Positions 41,131 through 55,521 of a stretch of DNA of 64,000 bases are shown here, piece after piece. Under the pieces are notes generated by a model, which had not been told where the DNA came from, searched no databases, and saw nothing but the letters and a program-made list of their open reading frames with translations. The first letter of the stretch is position 1. Every line of letters begins with the position of its first letter. Location: positions 558,001-622,000 of the forward strand of contig NIVC01000027.1 of the NCBI GenBank assembly GCA_002269645.1, written 5' to 3'. The DNA is from Macrostomum lignano (Eukaryota). A program made the position numbers and the translations under genes.

Positions 41131-41163
41131 CATTTTCCTTGATCCTCCTCAATAAAAACTCAC

Positions 41164-41328
41164 CAGATTAAAAGGCCGAAAGGTGTCGATCACATAGCTA
41201 GGCAAAAAGCTGTCAGCATCCTCAGCAAGATAGCTGTTCTCGCTGGCAGAATTTGGCGAAGACTGACTGCCACTTAGTCGCTGGTATGAGCCCAGCCGAT
41301 ACAGAGCAATGTCAGACACATGGTTCTC
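41164..41328 (-). CDS. MED23: MED23 exon 2
   Basis: ttgacag|GAG ... CTG|GTGAGT, phase 0 to 0. Only one open frame (ENHVSDIALYRLG...). Confidence 0.72.
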
Positions 41329-44182
41329 CTGTCAACGATATTTTTAAGATAAATTTTGACATAAAAATAACATAAATCTAGCTAAGAAAAAAGGGTTTAA
41401 AATTCAATTAGTATACACATGGCTTTAATTTCTAATATAAATATATAATTGCTGACATCAGTAGTATATAGTAGAAGAAATTTCCTAGACAATTTTAAAA
41501 GAGTACATTTTTTCATGCATTCACACTTTTAAATGAAATGTGTTTTTAACACAATACGGTTAAGTTTACTTTAGGCACAACTATAGCTTTTTGAATTACT
41601 TGCTTTTTGGGAGTATACTTCAAGCAGTGGGTACCCAAATTACCATATTTTAATATTGAAAAACAACAAGTATCAATAGTTGTAGCTTATAGTACTTTTA
41701 GTACTTACATAAAGTTAGTTTATTCCATTTAGTTAATAAAGTTACTCTGAATCAGTCAGTCTCCATTGATTTAACTTTATGTAAGCTAGGCATCTTAGTA
41801 CAAAGTAGAAGTAGTAGTTGCACCCAAAAGAGCATTAATTTTAAAGGATACTATTAAAAGCAATATGCAATTGCAATACTTGGACTTCTTGAACTTTAGG
41901 TAGATAAAATAGTTGCAGTTTTGATAGGATCATAATTTTGTCTCTATAGAGGTTTTTGATAGTACTGATTTCAAATTTGAGCTTCATTTTTTCATAGCTT
42001 AAAGCCAACCACCGGGACATGGGGAATGGGGGGTTTTAGGGTGGGAAGAATCTTCATGGGGATTGATTTTACCTACTTAAACTTTAATAGAGGCATGGGG
42101 GTCTATTGAAGATTAGATAGGTAAATTCTAAACCCAAGGGGGGGGGATCTGATCAGAGGGGGGGGTGGGGTGGGCCAATAACTACCAACTACTGGGATAG
42201 GGAATGGGGGGTTTAGGGTAAGGAGAATCTTCATGGGGATTGATTTTACCTACCTAAACTTCAATAGAGGCATGGGGGTCTATTGTAGATTAGGTAGATA
42301 AATTTGGAGACTGAGGGGTCCAGGGTGGAAATGTAATGAAGCTTAAGTAAAACATTCAGCAAGTTATCAAATACCTCCATTAAGAAAAAATTTTAATCTT
42401 ATCAAACTAATTGATATAAGCAGCTATAGTTACCATTGAGAATAGAGAAAAAAATGCAGATTAGTAGAAATTAAGTATAGGCAAACAAGTAAAGAATGTA
42501 CAGTTAGTCACAACCATGAGAGAACAACAGCAAATCAAAAGCAGGAGGTGAAGGTGGTGGTGAACCAGGAGTCAGCATTTTTTAAAAACACAAATTTGAT
42601 GTGGCACTCTCCATGCACTATAACAAACTGAGTGAAGAAAAATTAGAATAGACACTCCTTTTATTAGAGTTAAAAATCTAACCTCCTAAATGTTTTTTAG
42701 AGTGAACTAGCAACCTAGTGTGGCCGTGGCCCCCCTTTGGGGCACCCAATAAGCAAGGAGCAAAAATAGTTCATGGAAAGAAAAATGAAAAGAGCACATT
42801 TTCTTAAACACCAATTCCATCTTCAGTTTAAAAAATCACCTTATTCATGGAAAATTTTCACAGACAATGATGTTTGCTATGAATCTCTTTTTCCAAAATC
42901 AACAAACAGACAACAAAATATAGCTTTCACAAAGATAAAAGACATTCCCCTTAAATAGAAAATATTCCTAAGAAAGCAAGCATACCTCTATATAGCAAGC
43001 ACCCCCTCCAAAAGTAAGCAATGGCAGATAGCAAGCATCCCCTAATACTCATAGCAAGCATCCACCTAGATAGCAAGTATCCACCAGATATTGTTGAAGC
43101 ATCCACCCAGATAGCAAGCATCCCCTAGAAATTGCTTGCATCAAATTATCACTAATTATATAGGGGATTAGCAAATTGAGCTCCTGTTAACTCTGAAGGT
43201 AATTTTTTGCAGTTTTCTTTGCTTTATTATCATTTTGGATAGCCTCTAAGACTCTAGTAAAAGTTTCAGAAAAACCAGAAAATTGGACATATTTTATATT
43301 CCTAAAGTTCAAGAAGTCCCAATAATTGTTATTGGCTTAAGAAAGGTATGCTAAACATTGATACAGTACAATATAAATAGCACCAAAAATGTCATGCTAA
43401 AATAGAATGCAATACCAAAATTAAATGCAAAATCTATATATAAAAGCAATGTTTTTTAAATTTTGTCTTTGTATAATATAAAATAAATAAAACATCATAT
43501 TTCCAAAACTTGATACTCCTTGGTCAAATTTGAATGATAGTTGAATTAGCTACATATAGAATTATAAGGTATAGTACCAAGACCACCACATACCAAGACT
43601 GCCACACTTAGGGGAGCTAGGAGAAATTTGGCTCAATGTGTTAATTAGATGGTGCTAGAGAGATGAGTGGATAGGAGAGCTAGCAGGACAAGGCTGTGAG
43701 AAAAGAACCTATGACTTATGAGAAGAATAGCAATGCTAGAAGATTGGTAGCTCCCCCTCAATACCAATAATAGCTACGGCGATCTTGGTTCATGATTGTC
43801 TTAGTCATGCACCAGTTATAAAGCTGAAAATAAGCTTTGCAAAATAGAATGCAAGTTTGTCAAAATTCAATGGAAAAGGTATTAACATACAATATAATCA
43901 AATATATATTTGGCATACATTGATTATTCTATAGAATGCAAATAATAAATAGCTAAAATAGCCATTCTGCTTTTTATATATAGTGACCATAAAAAGCTTT
44001 ACTTTATTCCTTTTACAAGACTTTAACTTTACAAAAATTTTATAGGCTTCTTCAAGTTTATGTTGATAAAATGCTTCCAATTTTTTGATTTTTTTAAAAT
44101 TTTGACCAGACACTTGGGGGTGCTCAAAATGATAAAAAAAGCAATATAATCACCAAAAAACTACATTCTATAATGGTGCAAC

Positions 44183-44467
44183 CCATACATGTGCAACAGT
44201 CGGCCGAGTCGACCGATTTGGCGGCCAACCAAAGAAGTTGCAAAAATGCCCACCCAAAAAAACCCAAAGTAGTAGTACTAAGTAGCTGACGAGGCATTTT
44301 GGCTTAATAATACAGTTATAGTTACTCCTGCCGTTTACCCAAAGTTGTGGTTATTTTACTTTAGGGTTTTTTACATGTAAGTTGCATTTTTGGCCAAAAA
44401 CTATGTCACATTTTTGTTAAAACTAAGTTGCACGGCCGACCGAATTTTGGAGGTTGCACATGTATGG
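44183..44467. mobile_element. MITE, 285 bp, perfect 15-bp TIR CCATACATGTGCAAC, apparent 6-bp TSD TGCAAC
   Basis: TIRs at 44183-44197 and 44453-44467; TGCAAC at 44177-44182 and 44468-44473. Confidence 0.8.
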
Positions 44468-45883
44468 TGCAACCTCAGTTTATTAATTGACTATGGTGTC
44501 AATGAGAATTCAATAAAAATTGCTTCAATGAAATTTTTATTCAAAAAGGAACCATTTTTGAAACAAAAAATAAGTTAACTTGTTTTGTGAATATAAAATT
44601 AAACAATCACAAGTAATATTAATCATTTTCCAATTATAATGTATAGTGAATACAAATTACTTTATCTAATTTGATATTCAGTTTTGTTATAATGTCAAAT
44701 AATTGCCTTGTCATGGTTTCCTCTTTTTTAAATTTTATGGTTTTTTACGGTTCCTTTATCCTAAAAAACCCCCAAAACATTCCTCATGGCATATGCCTTA
44801 ATATTTGGTCATTGATCTTCTAGTAGGGTACCCCTCCACTGAGTCTAGAATTTATCAACACTATCTTGAATAGGTCTCCATGCCTCTATTCAAGTTTATG
44901 TTGATAAAATCAATCCCTATGAAGAATCTCCCCACTCTAAAAGGTACCTAGTCAATCCGGCGACAAGATGATCTGGCAACAGACAATCTGGCAATAGTCA
45001 ATAGATCTGGCAATAGACGATCTAGCAACAGATATTAAATCAATGTATATCAGCATATATATAGAATAGTTAAGCTATTATTTTTTGCTTTTTAATCTAG
45101 TCTTTCTAGTATTCTAAAAATGAAAAAATTGTTTGCTTGAATGCTTGTATGCAATCAATTATCTCCAAAAAGGCTCAACCGATTTTCTCTGTTTCTTCGC
45201 CAAAAGATGTCAAATGTGCCCGGGACAGTACATGTATTTTTATTAAGCTCTAGCTCATTGCTAAAGGGATTAAATATTAGAAAAACTGTTTTAAATGGGC
45301 TTTTTTAATGCAAATTTTATCAGCCTGCGCGCAGCGAGAGAATTCACAGCCAATTTTAATGATTGCATCGACACCAACTGATAAGAAAACAAACTGCGCC
45401 CCACTGCCCAGATAATTACTCTATTTAACTTGCGTAACCAATTAAGGGGGGGGTATAATAAAAATTCTGGATGCTAGCAGACAGCCTACCCTAGCTAGTC
45501 CATATACTAAAAATGAGTTGTTTGTATGTTTGCTTGTGCGCAATTGATTATCTCCCGAATGGCTCAACTGATTTTGTTTAAACTTGCACCATTCAATCAG
45601 AAATTTTTCTATGATGGTACATGCATTGTGGCTAAGAAATTGCTAGATGCTAAAGGGATTAAATATTCAAAAAACTATCTTTTTGCAAAGTATTACCTAT
45701 TAATACTTAAATAATTAAATAAAAATCACATAAAATATAATTCTTGTAGTTATATTTTGATAGCTGTATATGTACATGGCTGTTGATTTTCAAAATGTTA
45801 TTTGCAAATATAATCAATCAATTTAATCTGCTTAGAAAGCAAGTTTGTATGGCTATGATCAATAATGTTGTATATATTAATAT

Positions 45884-46669
45884 GGCTCATTCCATATAAG
45901 ATGGACATATTTGGAAAATAGAAAAAAGTCAATATTTTTGCTTGCCATTGCCTAATTAGCCTATTTTTTTACCAAATGTTTATATTGTGCAATATATACA
46001 ATCTAAGAATAAAGGAATGGTAAAATGTTGGATTAGTATGTTGTCAATTGGCAAAAAGTCATTTTTGTAAAAATTTGGACATTTTTCGAAGCAAAAGACA
46101 TCATTAAAATTTTGTACCTTTTAAAAACAAATAGAAAGCTTTTGAAGGTTGAAACAAACTATAGATAAAAGTATAGTACTTGCATCATCAGATAAAAGCA
46201 TTGGTGACCAAATAATCTATTATATTTTTAATGTATTAGTACCTCAAAGTTACTGAATTGACAGAAAAAAATATGTTACGACCATAATGTTACGACCATA
46301 AGGCTGCCTTTTCTTTTGTATCTTTGTTGCCTTTTGAGTTTATATATTCTAATAAAAGAGTATGATTTCTAAAGATGTTCTTAGTCAAATTTTAAAAATG
46401 TATTGCAAAATATCAAAAATGAAAAATGTTATAAGACTTTTACCTTTTAGTTTCTATATGTCAAAAATCCTGTTGTTACGACCAAAAGTGTCATTTAAGG
46501 TTTAATAGCATCTATACTAATGATGATATCTATATGAAACTCTATAAATATATTCTAGACAAAATAATCTTTCATTTAAAATATTGGTTTAGTATATTCT
46601 ATTATTAGATTTCATTTTATAAGTAAAAATAACCTGTCATGTTACGACCATGCTTATATGGAATGAGCC
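45884..46669. mobile_element. MITE, 786 bp, 17-bp TIR GGCTCATTCCATATAAG, TSD ATAT (or TA)
   Basis: Perfect TIRs; ATAT on both flanks; internal TGTTACGACCA repeats. Confidence 0.82.
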
Positions 46670-46826
46670 ATATTGTATTTGCGTTGACAATATTCGAAAG
46701 TTGATCAAACCAAAAAATTGCTATTTGCATTGCAACTTATACGTGTTTTTTAACATGTACATGTAACCCACATTTAATGTAACAAATGCTACATGGATAA
46801 TAATTATAATATATAATTATAATATA

Positions 46827-48105
46827 CAGTGTTGGGCACTTCCGTTACCGAGTAACTTGTAAATGGTAACGCAAGTTACTTTTTCGTAAAGCGTTCCTTA
46901 CGCAAGTTACTTTCCTATTTTGGTAACGGAGTAACGGTAAGTTACTCAAATTTCGGAAGTCCGTTACAGTTACTTTGCAACAATCGCAATATTTAAATTT
47001 AAAACTGATATGCTTAGCTATTACGCCAGTTGTCACATTTTTAGCATTTTTCATTCCTAAATTCAAAACTAAGTGAATAATATCATACGGTATTACGCTG
47101 TAATTAATAAAGAAATACTTGAAACATGTTTTTACTTTGTTATTTTCGGTAAAATATTTTTGCTTTTCGTTTTTAAGTTAATAAAAATATTTTGTTTAGT
47201 TCTTAGAAACAAACAACCAAAGAAAGAAATTCATCTGTAGTCTCCACAAATCCACTCAGTGATCGACGTAGCCATGCAGGAATTTTAATTGGGGGGGGCG
47301 GGTTGGCCTGGCTGGCCATGCCTCATGCCATTGCCACTTTTAGCGCCGCAGGCACTCATTTTAGCGCCGCAAGCACTCATTTAAGCGCCGCAGGCACTCA
47401 TTTAAGCGCCGCAGGCACTCATTTAAGCGCCGCAGGCACTCAATCGCCTCATGGTTTTTGGTACCCGCCACGCCCAACCCCACCCCCCAGGTGGGGTGTC
47501 TTGCAGGTGGGGTGAAGTTGCCGCCCCAACGATTGTTAAGGCGGCCTCCCTGGCTACACCACTAAAGTCCACTGGCACTGCACTGCACTGCACAATAATT
47601 TAATATTAATGATAATAATTGAAAATAAATAAAAAGACTAGTAAAGCAGACTGTAGAGTGGAGTATAAAGCCAGGTACTTATTACGAGTGATGTATTATC
47701 AAGGACAACTGAAGTTACGTTAAGTTGTCCTTGTGTATTATAACTTATAATGTTATTAAAAATTAAATTGCGTTTTGCCTTTAACGTTTCTGACCTTCAG
47801 CTTCTCTTCTTTTTACGGAAAGGGCCTAAAGTGATTAAAATTTAATACAGTTACTGAAATTAATGTTGTTGTACTCTTCCTCCTGGCTTTCGCGATCATT
47901 TGTGCTGTTCCATCACATTTGCAATGTTAAAAAAGCAGAAAATTTTGTTAATAACATAGGTAACGGAAGTAAGTAACGGAAGTAACTTAAAAGTTACCGG
48001 GTTTTTGTTCAAAGTTACTAGGCTAACGTAAGTTACTTTTTAAAAAGTGGTAACTTAAGTTACAGTAACGCAAGTTACTTTTTTTGAGTAACTTGCCCAA
48101 CACTG
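46827..48105. mobile_element. Non-autonomous hAT-type element, TIR CAGTGTTGGGCA, 8-bp TSD ATAATATA
   Basis: TIRs at both ends; identical 8-bp flanks; many subterminal GTAAC/GTTAC motifs. Confidence 0.88.
47262..47565. mobile_element. Probable nested MITE (GTAGCCA...TGGCTAC ends, poly-G/poly-C subterminals, internal 30-bp repeats)
   Basis: Short inverted ends; GC-rich island inside the AT-rich hAT element. Confidence 0.45.
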
Positions 48106-48891
48106 ATAATATATAATAATAGTATTAATAAGTAATAATAAAAAGCTAAAAATATTAGCTCAACTAATCTATATATATGCTGATATACGTTGATTTAATA
48201 TCTGTTGCCAGATTGTCTATTGCCAGATTGTCTTGTTGCTGGACTGTCTGGAAGCCCTCTAAAACCCCCTATTCCCCATGTCCAAATGGTTGGTTTTAGA
48301 TGCCTATGTATAGTTGGGTTCAAGCTACCAAAAAATGAAGCTCAAATTTGAAATCAGCACTATCAACAACCTCTATAGAGGCAAAATTATGCTCCTATTA
48401 AAATTGCAACTAATTTATCCAGATAAACTTAAAGAAGCCAATTTTTTTACTTAGCTTTAAAACATTAGGGGCTTAACCTAAACCCAGCTCAAGTTTATTG
48501 ACAAAATGGCTTTCACAATCTTCAAAACAGGGCCTGAGACAGTTTAAAATAATACTATTTGCCTTGGTTTAGGCCTAGTTAGGCCAAAAGCCTAACTGAA
48601 ATAAAAAATTGCAGTACCTACATCTATTCTATAATATAAACTATATGCAGACTTACAATCTATAAGATCCTTTAGAAACTGATCTTGCCTTTTGACAATT
48701 TTAAGCCTATCTGGCATAACTAGGACCTACAGATTATTTTAAATCTATTTGTCAAAAGGAATAGCAGTAGCCTAGCTGCCCTAGCAGATAGGCCATAATA
48801 AGTGTTTTGGCTTTGCATTTTAATAAAAATTAAAGGTAGTAATTATACTTGCAAGGAATATAACAATAATATCTGACTATAGATAGCCTAC

Positions 48892-48948
48892 CTTCACAAA
48901 AAGAAAAAACTCTTTCATTTCCTCTTCGATGACACGTGGCGTGACCAT
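48892..48948 (-). CDS. MED23: MED23 exon 1
   Basis: ATG..MVTPRVIEEEMKEFFLFVK|GTAGGC, phase 0. Joined to exon 2 it aligns with METQLQSIFEEVVK-TEVIEE. Confidence 0.72.
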
Positions 48949-51315
48949 ATTATGATTAGGATAAGAAACTGGCATCGACAGTGGCATACTCATGTTTTTG
49001 CTAATTAAACTGAAGCACTAAACTTGAAAATAAAAGAAGTTAGTGATGACAGGCACAATAAATATTATCATTCGGTAATGAATAGATATACTTTATTTTT
49101 AGGTCGAACTTAACATGATAAAACTGTTGCAACAACTACCACCAGCCAGCCAGGCCCCGCGTGCCTAGCATGCACATGATATCGTAAATTTAAAATGCAA
49201 GTTTCATTGAAAGAATAGTCAAGCGATAAACAAAATGCACGAATAAAGCTTATCGGATGAAGAGATAAAATAATGACGATATTATTCACATGATTAAGTT
49301 TATTTTAATGCATACCTAAGTTAAAAACAACGATGAATTGAGAAATATTTCAATTTAGATGTTTAATCAAAATTGATCTGTTAAGTGAATGTGAATCTTT
49401 CCCTTAGTATATTTATAATATTATTTAACAATATACTATTTAGGAAATATGAAAATTACGTATTCAATCTCTTCAGATGAATAATCCACTTAGTAACAGC
49501 GTTAAAAAGTGTATACATGCAATAATTAAATTTGATCACGGCCTTGCATGGGTACTACTACTGCGTACAGAATCTGCAAGGGGCGTGGCTATATGTACAT
49601 TTTCAAATAGCTGGGTACCCATTTCTCTTCTAGTATACGTCATTTAATTCAAGTTTGGAGAGGTGGTGTGTTGGAGCTGGGGAAAAGCTGCAATCTACTC
49701 GATCGGAACATTGTTCTACTGCATGCATCATGGCCAGATCGCCTTATTTGGGCCACCCTCCGCCATTGGTGGAAATTTCCACCTGAAAAAGTCTTCTATA
49801 AGGAATAGATTAATTTATTATGCGAACAACCATTGTATGTACAGCTAATATACTTTGTATTTAATGACTTGCCCGAATTTATGTACGAGCGCGCATCATG
49901 CACCATGTACATGTACATACTCGTACATGACCATAATATGATATCACACGCCATGGCCTTGGCCGGAGAAGAGCTCATACGCAAGAGAGTACATATAATA
50001 TACGGTGCATATATGTATAGTAATTCATTTTGCGGTCCACTTTAAGCTAACATCGTCCCTTCTAGCTCAAGAACCTCTGCAACGGTCGATCATGGTCCCA
50101 CATCGACCAAAGAATGGCTGTAGAAAAGTTCCTATCATAACCGTGAAATTCTAAGCTAAAGTTTACAGTACAGCGCTTTTAAATCAATATAATAAAAACT
50201 ACATGTAATCGTTTTCAGTGGACCGTTCCAGAACGGACAGACAGACTAGTGTAACTGTACGCGCCATTCTGTGGAGTGGCACGGGAGGAGTGTGCAGTCA
50301 AGAGGATTTGATAATCGATTGATTCAACAGGGACTGTGCATAAGCCTCTCTTATATTATGCGAGCTGGGTGCGATCTCGGACCGACTGCTGCTGCAGCAC
50401 AGCTGTGAGGGACTTAGCAAGACGCCATGCTGTACAAAAATGTGACGGACGCATGCACGGTCAATGTAGCTTGTACGTGTAACTCAATATTTTTCTTATA
50501 AGTACCTGTAGCTATATTGTATATCGCACTGAATCCACCTCATAATTGAAGGAGTCACTGAAATTCAACTTTTATGTGTACATGTACGTGTAAATATATA
50601 AATTATACTGTAAAAACAGCAAAAATTTGCATTCTGTCTACATTATGGCTGATGAAAAATGGTAAGTGTTTGTTGATAATGACTTTGTGTCTTACAAAAT
50701 TTCCGGGTTCGCGGGTAGGTTTCGCGGGTCAAGTCCTAATGTGGGCAAGCACATATCCGTATCGTGTACATGATGGCAGACAATTGACCCCCATATTCAC
50801 GTGGATGTTTCTATCACAACAAATGATGGACAAATGGACACCCCGTCCCCCTACCTTGTGTGATGATGTTCCTGTCCCAATGGTGGACATTAGACTTTGT
50901 CTGATGATGCTCCTGTCCTTATATAGACTGATATCCCTGTGATGATTTTCTCGTCCTAATGATGGATAATCAACACCCATATATCCGCGGAATAATGTTC
51001 CTGTCTCAATCAATAATGAAAAATGGACACCTGCTTGCATGGTGTGATAAATAAGAAAGATGCTGCTCTCACCTCAATAGTGGTCAACTATTAACAATTT
51101 GAGCACGAAGAACTACGCACATGAACTAGCCTGATTCTAAGAAATCTCGCGCACGCAGGTTCACAGCTCTGAGCCTCGCCGAGACATTCCTACTGGCCAG
51201 CACGGGGCTCCTACTAGCCGTGATCGCCTGGCGACTCTGGAATTGGTGCGACGCCTGGCTCTCAGAACGACGCAGACGTCAGCAGACCGGCGGTCACCCG
51301 GCCACACAGTTGCCG

Positions 51316-51698
51316 ATGGACCACGCGGCGATGCTGCCGTTGCTTGCGGCATCTCAGACGTCCGATGAGGAACTCGAAGGATTCGATCATGGCAACGCCC
51401 GCGCCGATACGGGAATCCTTCGACGCTGTCGGTTGGAGGCCACCGAGGAGACGCGCCTGTTGAATGCCTACGCCGACGTGGCTGAAACGACTGAAGCTTC
51501 AAGACGAGGCTACAGATCGATGTTCAGCGAGGAGCCGGGAAGGCGCGGCCTGGAGAAGGTGCTGAGCAGCTGCGCAAGTCAGCAGCCGCTGCCGGTCAGC
51601 CCGACGGCGCGGTGCAGCCTTTTTAGCGAGGCCATCTTCATGGAGCAGGCAATGGTGCCCGACAGACATGCCGTCACCGCTTTTAGCGAGGACCCACC

Positions 51699-51702
<4 letters not shown>
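51316..51702 (+). CDS. Hypothetical 128-aa protein (unrecognised)
   Basis: GC-rich, coding-like ORF from ATG 51316; no family recognised. Confidence 0.25.
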
Positions 51703-52075
<373 letters not shown>

Positions 52076-52341
52076 TCGACACACGGAGAAACAATCCTTA
52101 CTTAAACTCTTTTCTATATTACATGTACTTAAAGAAATCTGTTGACTCTGTATCCAGTATTCTAAACTGAGCACATTATTTTCTCTCGATAGTCACCTTG
52201 TGCTGAATTTGTATTTCATAACGACTTGTAAATTTCCCCAGCCGTTTCTGTGCCAATCGTCGAACCTACTGCAACCTATGAAAACATTATTATAGGAGCT
52301 CGAAGAGCCAATAATATTGGCTAAGAAAATACAAAAATACA

Positions 52342-53900
52342 ACTGACTGACTGACTGACTGACTGACTGACTGACTGACTGACTGACTGACTGACTGACT
52401 GACTGACTGACTGACTTGAGTGAGTGGGTGACTGACTGACTGACTGACTGACTGACTGACTGACTGACTGACTGACTGACTGACTGACTGACTGACTGAC
52501 TTGAGTGAGTGGGTGACTGACTGACTGACTGACTTGAGTGAGTGGATGACTGACTGACTGACTGACTGACTGACTGACTGACTGACTGACTTGAGCGAGT
52601 GGGTGACTGACTGACTGACTGACTGACTGACTGACTGACTGACTGACTGACTGACTGACTGACTTGAGTGAGTGGGTGACTGACTGACTGACTGACTGAC
52701 TGACTGACTGACTGACTGACTGACTGACTGACTTGAGTGAGTGGGTGACTGACTGACTGACTGACTGACTGACTGACTGACTGACTGACTGACTGACTGA
52801 CTGACTGACTGACTTGAGTGAGTGGGTGACTGACTGACTGACTGACTGACTGACTGACTGACTGACTGACTGACTGACTGACTGACTGACTGACTTGAGT
52901 GAGTGGATGACTGACTGACTGACTGACTGACTGACTGACTGACTGACTTGAGTGAGTGGGTGACTGACTGACTGACTGACTGACTGACTTGAGTGAGTGG
53001 GTGACTGACTGACTGACTGACTGACTGACTGACTGACTGACTGACTGACTGTCTGACTGACTGACTGACTTGAGTGAGTGGGTGACTGACTGACTGACTG
53101 ACTGACTGACTGACTGACTGACTGACTGACTGACTGACTGACTGACTTGAGTGAGTGGGTGACTGACTGACTGACTGACTGACTGACTGACTGACTGACT
53201 GACTGACTGACTTGAGTGAGTGGGTGACTGACTGACTGACTGACTGACTGACTGACTGACTGACTGACTGACTGACTGACTGACTGACTGACTGACTGAC
53301 TGACTGACTGACTGACTGACTGACTGACTGACTGACTGACTGACTGACTGACTGACTGACTGACTGACTGACTGACTGACTGACTGACTGACTGACTGAC
53401 TGACTGACTGACTGACTGACTGACTGACTGACTGACTGACTGACTGACTGACTGACTGACTGACTGACTTGAGTGAGTGGGTGACTGACTGACTGACTGA
53501 CTGACTGACTGACTGACTGACTGACTGACTGACTGACTGACTGACTGACTGACTGACTGACTGACTGACTGACTGACTGACTGACTGACTGACTGACTGA
53601 CTGACTGACTGACTGACTGACTGACTGACTGACTGACTGACTGACTGACTGACTGACTGACTGACTGACTGACTGACTGACTTGAGTGAGTGGGTGACTG
53701 ACTGACTGACTGACTGACTGACTGACTGACTGACTGACTGACTGACTGACTGACTGACTGACTGACTGACTGACTGACTGACTGACTGACTGACTGACTG
53801 ACTGACTGACTGACTGACTGACTGACTGACTGACTGACTGACTGACTGACTGACTGACTGACTGACCGACTGACTGACTGACTGACTGACTGACTGACTG
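52342..53900. repeat. (GACT)n microsatellite punctuated by TGAGTGAGTGGGT units
   Basis: Visible. Confidence 0.98.
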
Positions 53901-54582
53901 AATGACTGACTGGCTGGCTGTGACTTTTCTTTCCGACTTGAAGTTTGGCTGGTTTTAGTTCAAGCATCTGCAATGTATATTATTTTCTTTGCTGCTGCCT
54001 GACAGCTAGCGCACACTACTGCAAGTAGTGAGTGGCCGGAATAGTGCGATTTGGGTAATTAACAGTGTGAATTCCTGACACTGACCCTGGCACTTACGGC
54101 TGGATTCTAGACACCCTGTCTCTGACATTCTTGCAACCATTCTCATGAGACAGGTCAAAGTTGAGTATTTAACCGTCTTACATTACTGAGTATAAATCTC
54201 ACATATCTCACATAGTAGTAATCAGTACGTTTTTGCGATTTAAAAGAAAGAAATAACAAAATATGACAGACAAATAAAATTATTGAAATGGCAAACTTTA
54301 AATAGCTCAAATGAGCTAGTTTAGCTGTGGCTGTTTTTTAAACAGGAATAGACTTCTTGTTGAAAAATGAACAATGGAGTGAACAAAGAATATATACAGT
54401 GCTGATGAAATTTCTGTGATTATAACACTGTTGCACAATTTTTAAGACATTTTTACGATAAAATATGTTTAATTACAGGAGCTGTTTGGCAGAAAATTAC
54501 TCGTAAAAATAACAATGAAATAAATTCGAGTCAACCGAAATTTTTTTTTTTGGTTCTGACAGGCGGCATCCAGAGTCATCAA

Positions 54583-54722
54583 TCAGTAGGCTTTGACTCG
54601 GAATGAGCAGCCCTCGGTGAGGCAGACCTTGCCTCCAGTTGGCCGGCACAGCACAGTGCTGCAGCCTGAGCAGACCACCACCGTCTGGGCGTGTGAGAAC
54701 ACCGTGCTCACCTTCAGACAGC
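54583..54722 (-). CDS. RPS27: 40S ribosomal protein S27, exon 2
   Basis: ccccgcag|GC; (G)[45 protein letters not shown]-stop. Confidence 0.95.
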
Positions 54723-54741
54723 CTGCGGGGAGAGGTTAGCA

Positions 54742-55262
54742 GCTGACGGATCAGAAAGGGCCTCATGACAATGCTTCGGCTCTCCCAGAGTGACGGATCA
54801 GAAAGGGATTCATGACAATGCTTCGGCTCTCCCAGAGTGACGGATCAGAAAGGGACTCATGACAATGCTTCGGTTCTCCCAGAGTGACGGATCAGAAATG
54901 GCCTCATGACAATGCTTGGGCTCTCCCATAGTGACGGATCAGAAAGGGACTCATGACAATGCTTGGGCTCTTCCAGAGTGACGGATCAGAAATGGCCTCA
55001 TGACAATGCTTGGGCTCTCCCAGAGTGACGGATCAGAAATGGCCTCATGACAATTCTGCGGTTCTCCCAGAGTGACGGATCAGAAATGGCCTCATGACAA
55101 TGCTTCGGTTCTCCCAGAATGACGGATCAGAAACGGCCTCATGACAATGCTACGGCTCTCCCAGAATGACGGATCAGGAACGGCCTCATGACAATGCTTC
55201 GGCTCTCTCAGAGTGACGGATCAGAAATGGCCTCATGACAATGCTTCGGCTCTCCCAGAGTG
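54742..55262. repeat. 47-bp minisatellite filling the RPS27 intron
   Basis: TGACGGATCAGAAA... recurs at a 47-bp period. Confidence 0.93.
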
Positions 55263-55375
55263 GCGGCAGCTGACGAATCAGAAATTTTCTCCCCAATACC
55301 CAAGTATTCCCAAGGATACCCAAATATACCTTCATAGCCTTCATACAGGGAACAGAGAAATGCAATAGCAAGTAC

Positions 55376-55490
55376 CTGGACACTTGACATCAAAGAATTT
55401 CGAGTTTGGCAACTGAACCAGCCTTTTCTTCTTGTGGCGCCGCTTCTCCTGACTGAGCGACGGGTGTAGAAGGTCCCTGGCACGGGGCAT
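55376..55490 (-). CDS. RPS27: 40S ribosomal protein S27, exon 1 (spliced product 84 aa)
   Basis: [39 protein letters not shown]|GTACTT, phase 1 matches exon 2. Missed by the ORF track. Confidence 0.95.
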
Positions 55491-55521
55491 GGCGCTTTGC
55501 GGCACTAACGGAGCTTTGCTT

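Noticed and set aside
44283-44310. CTGACGA as a further hammerhead core (also at 55264 and 56668)
   Set aside because: No stem II followed by GAAA, so these are not hammerheads.
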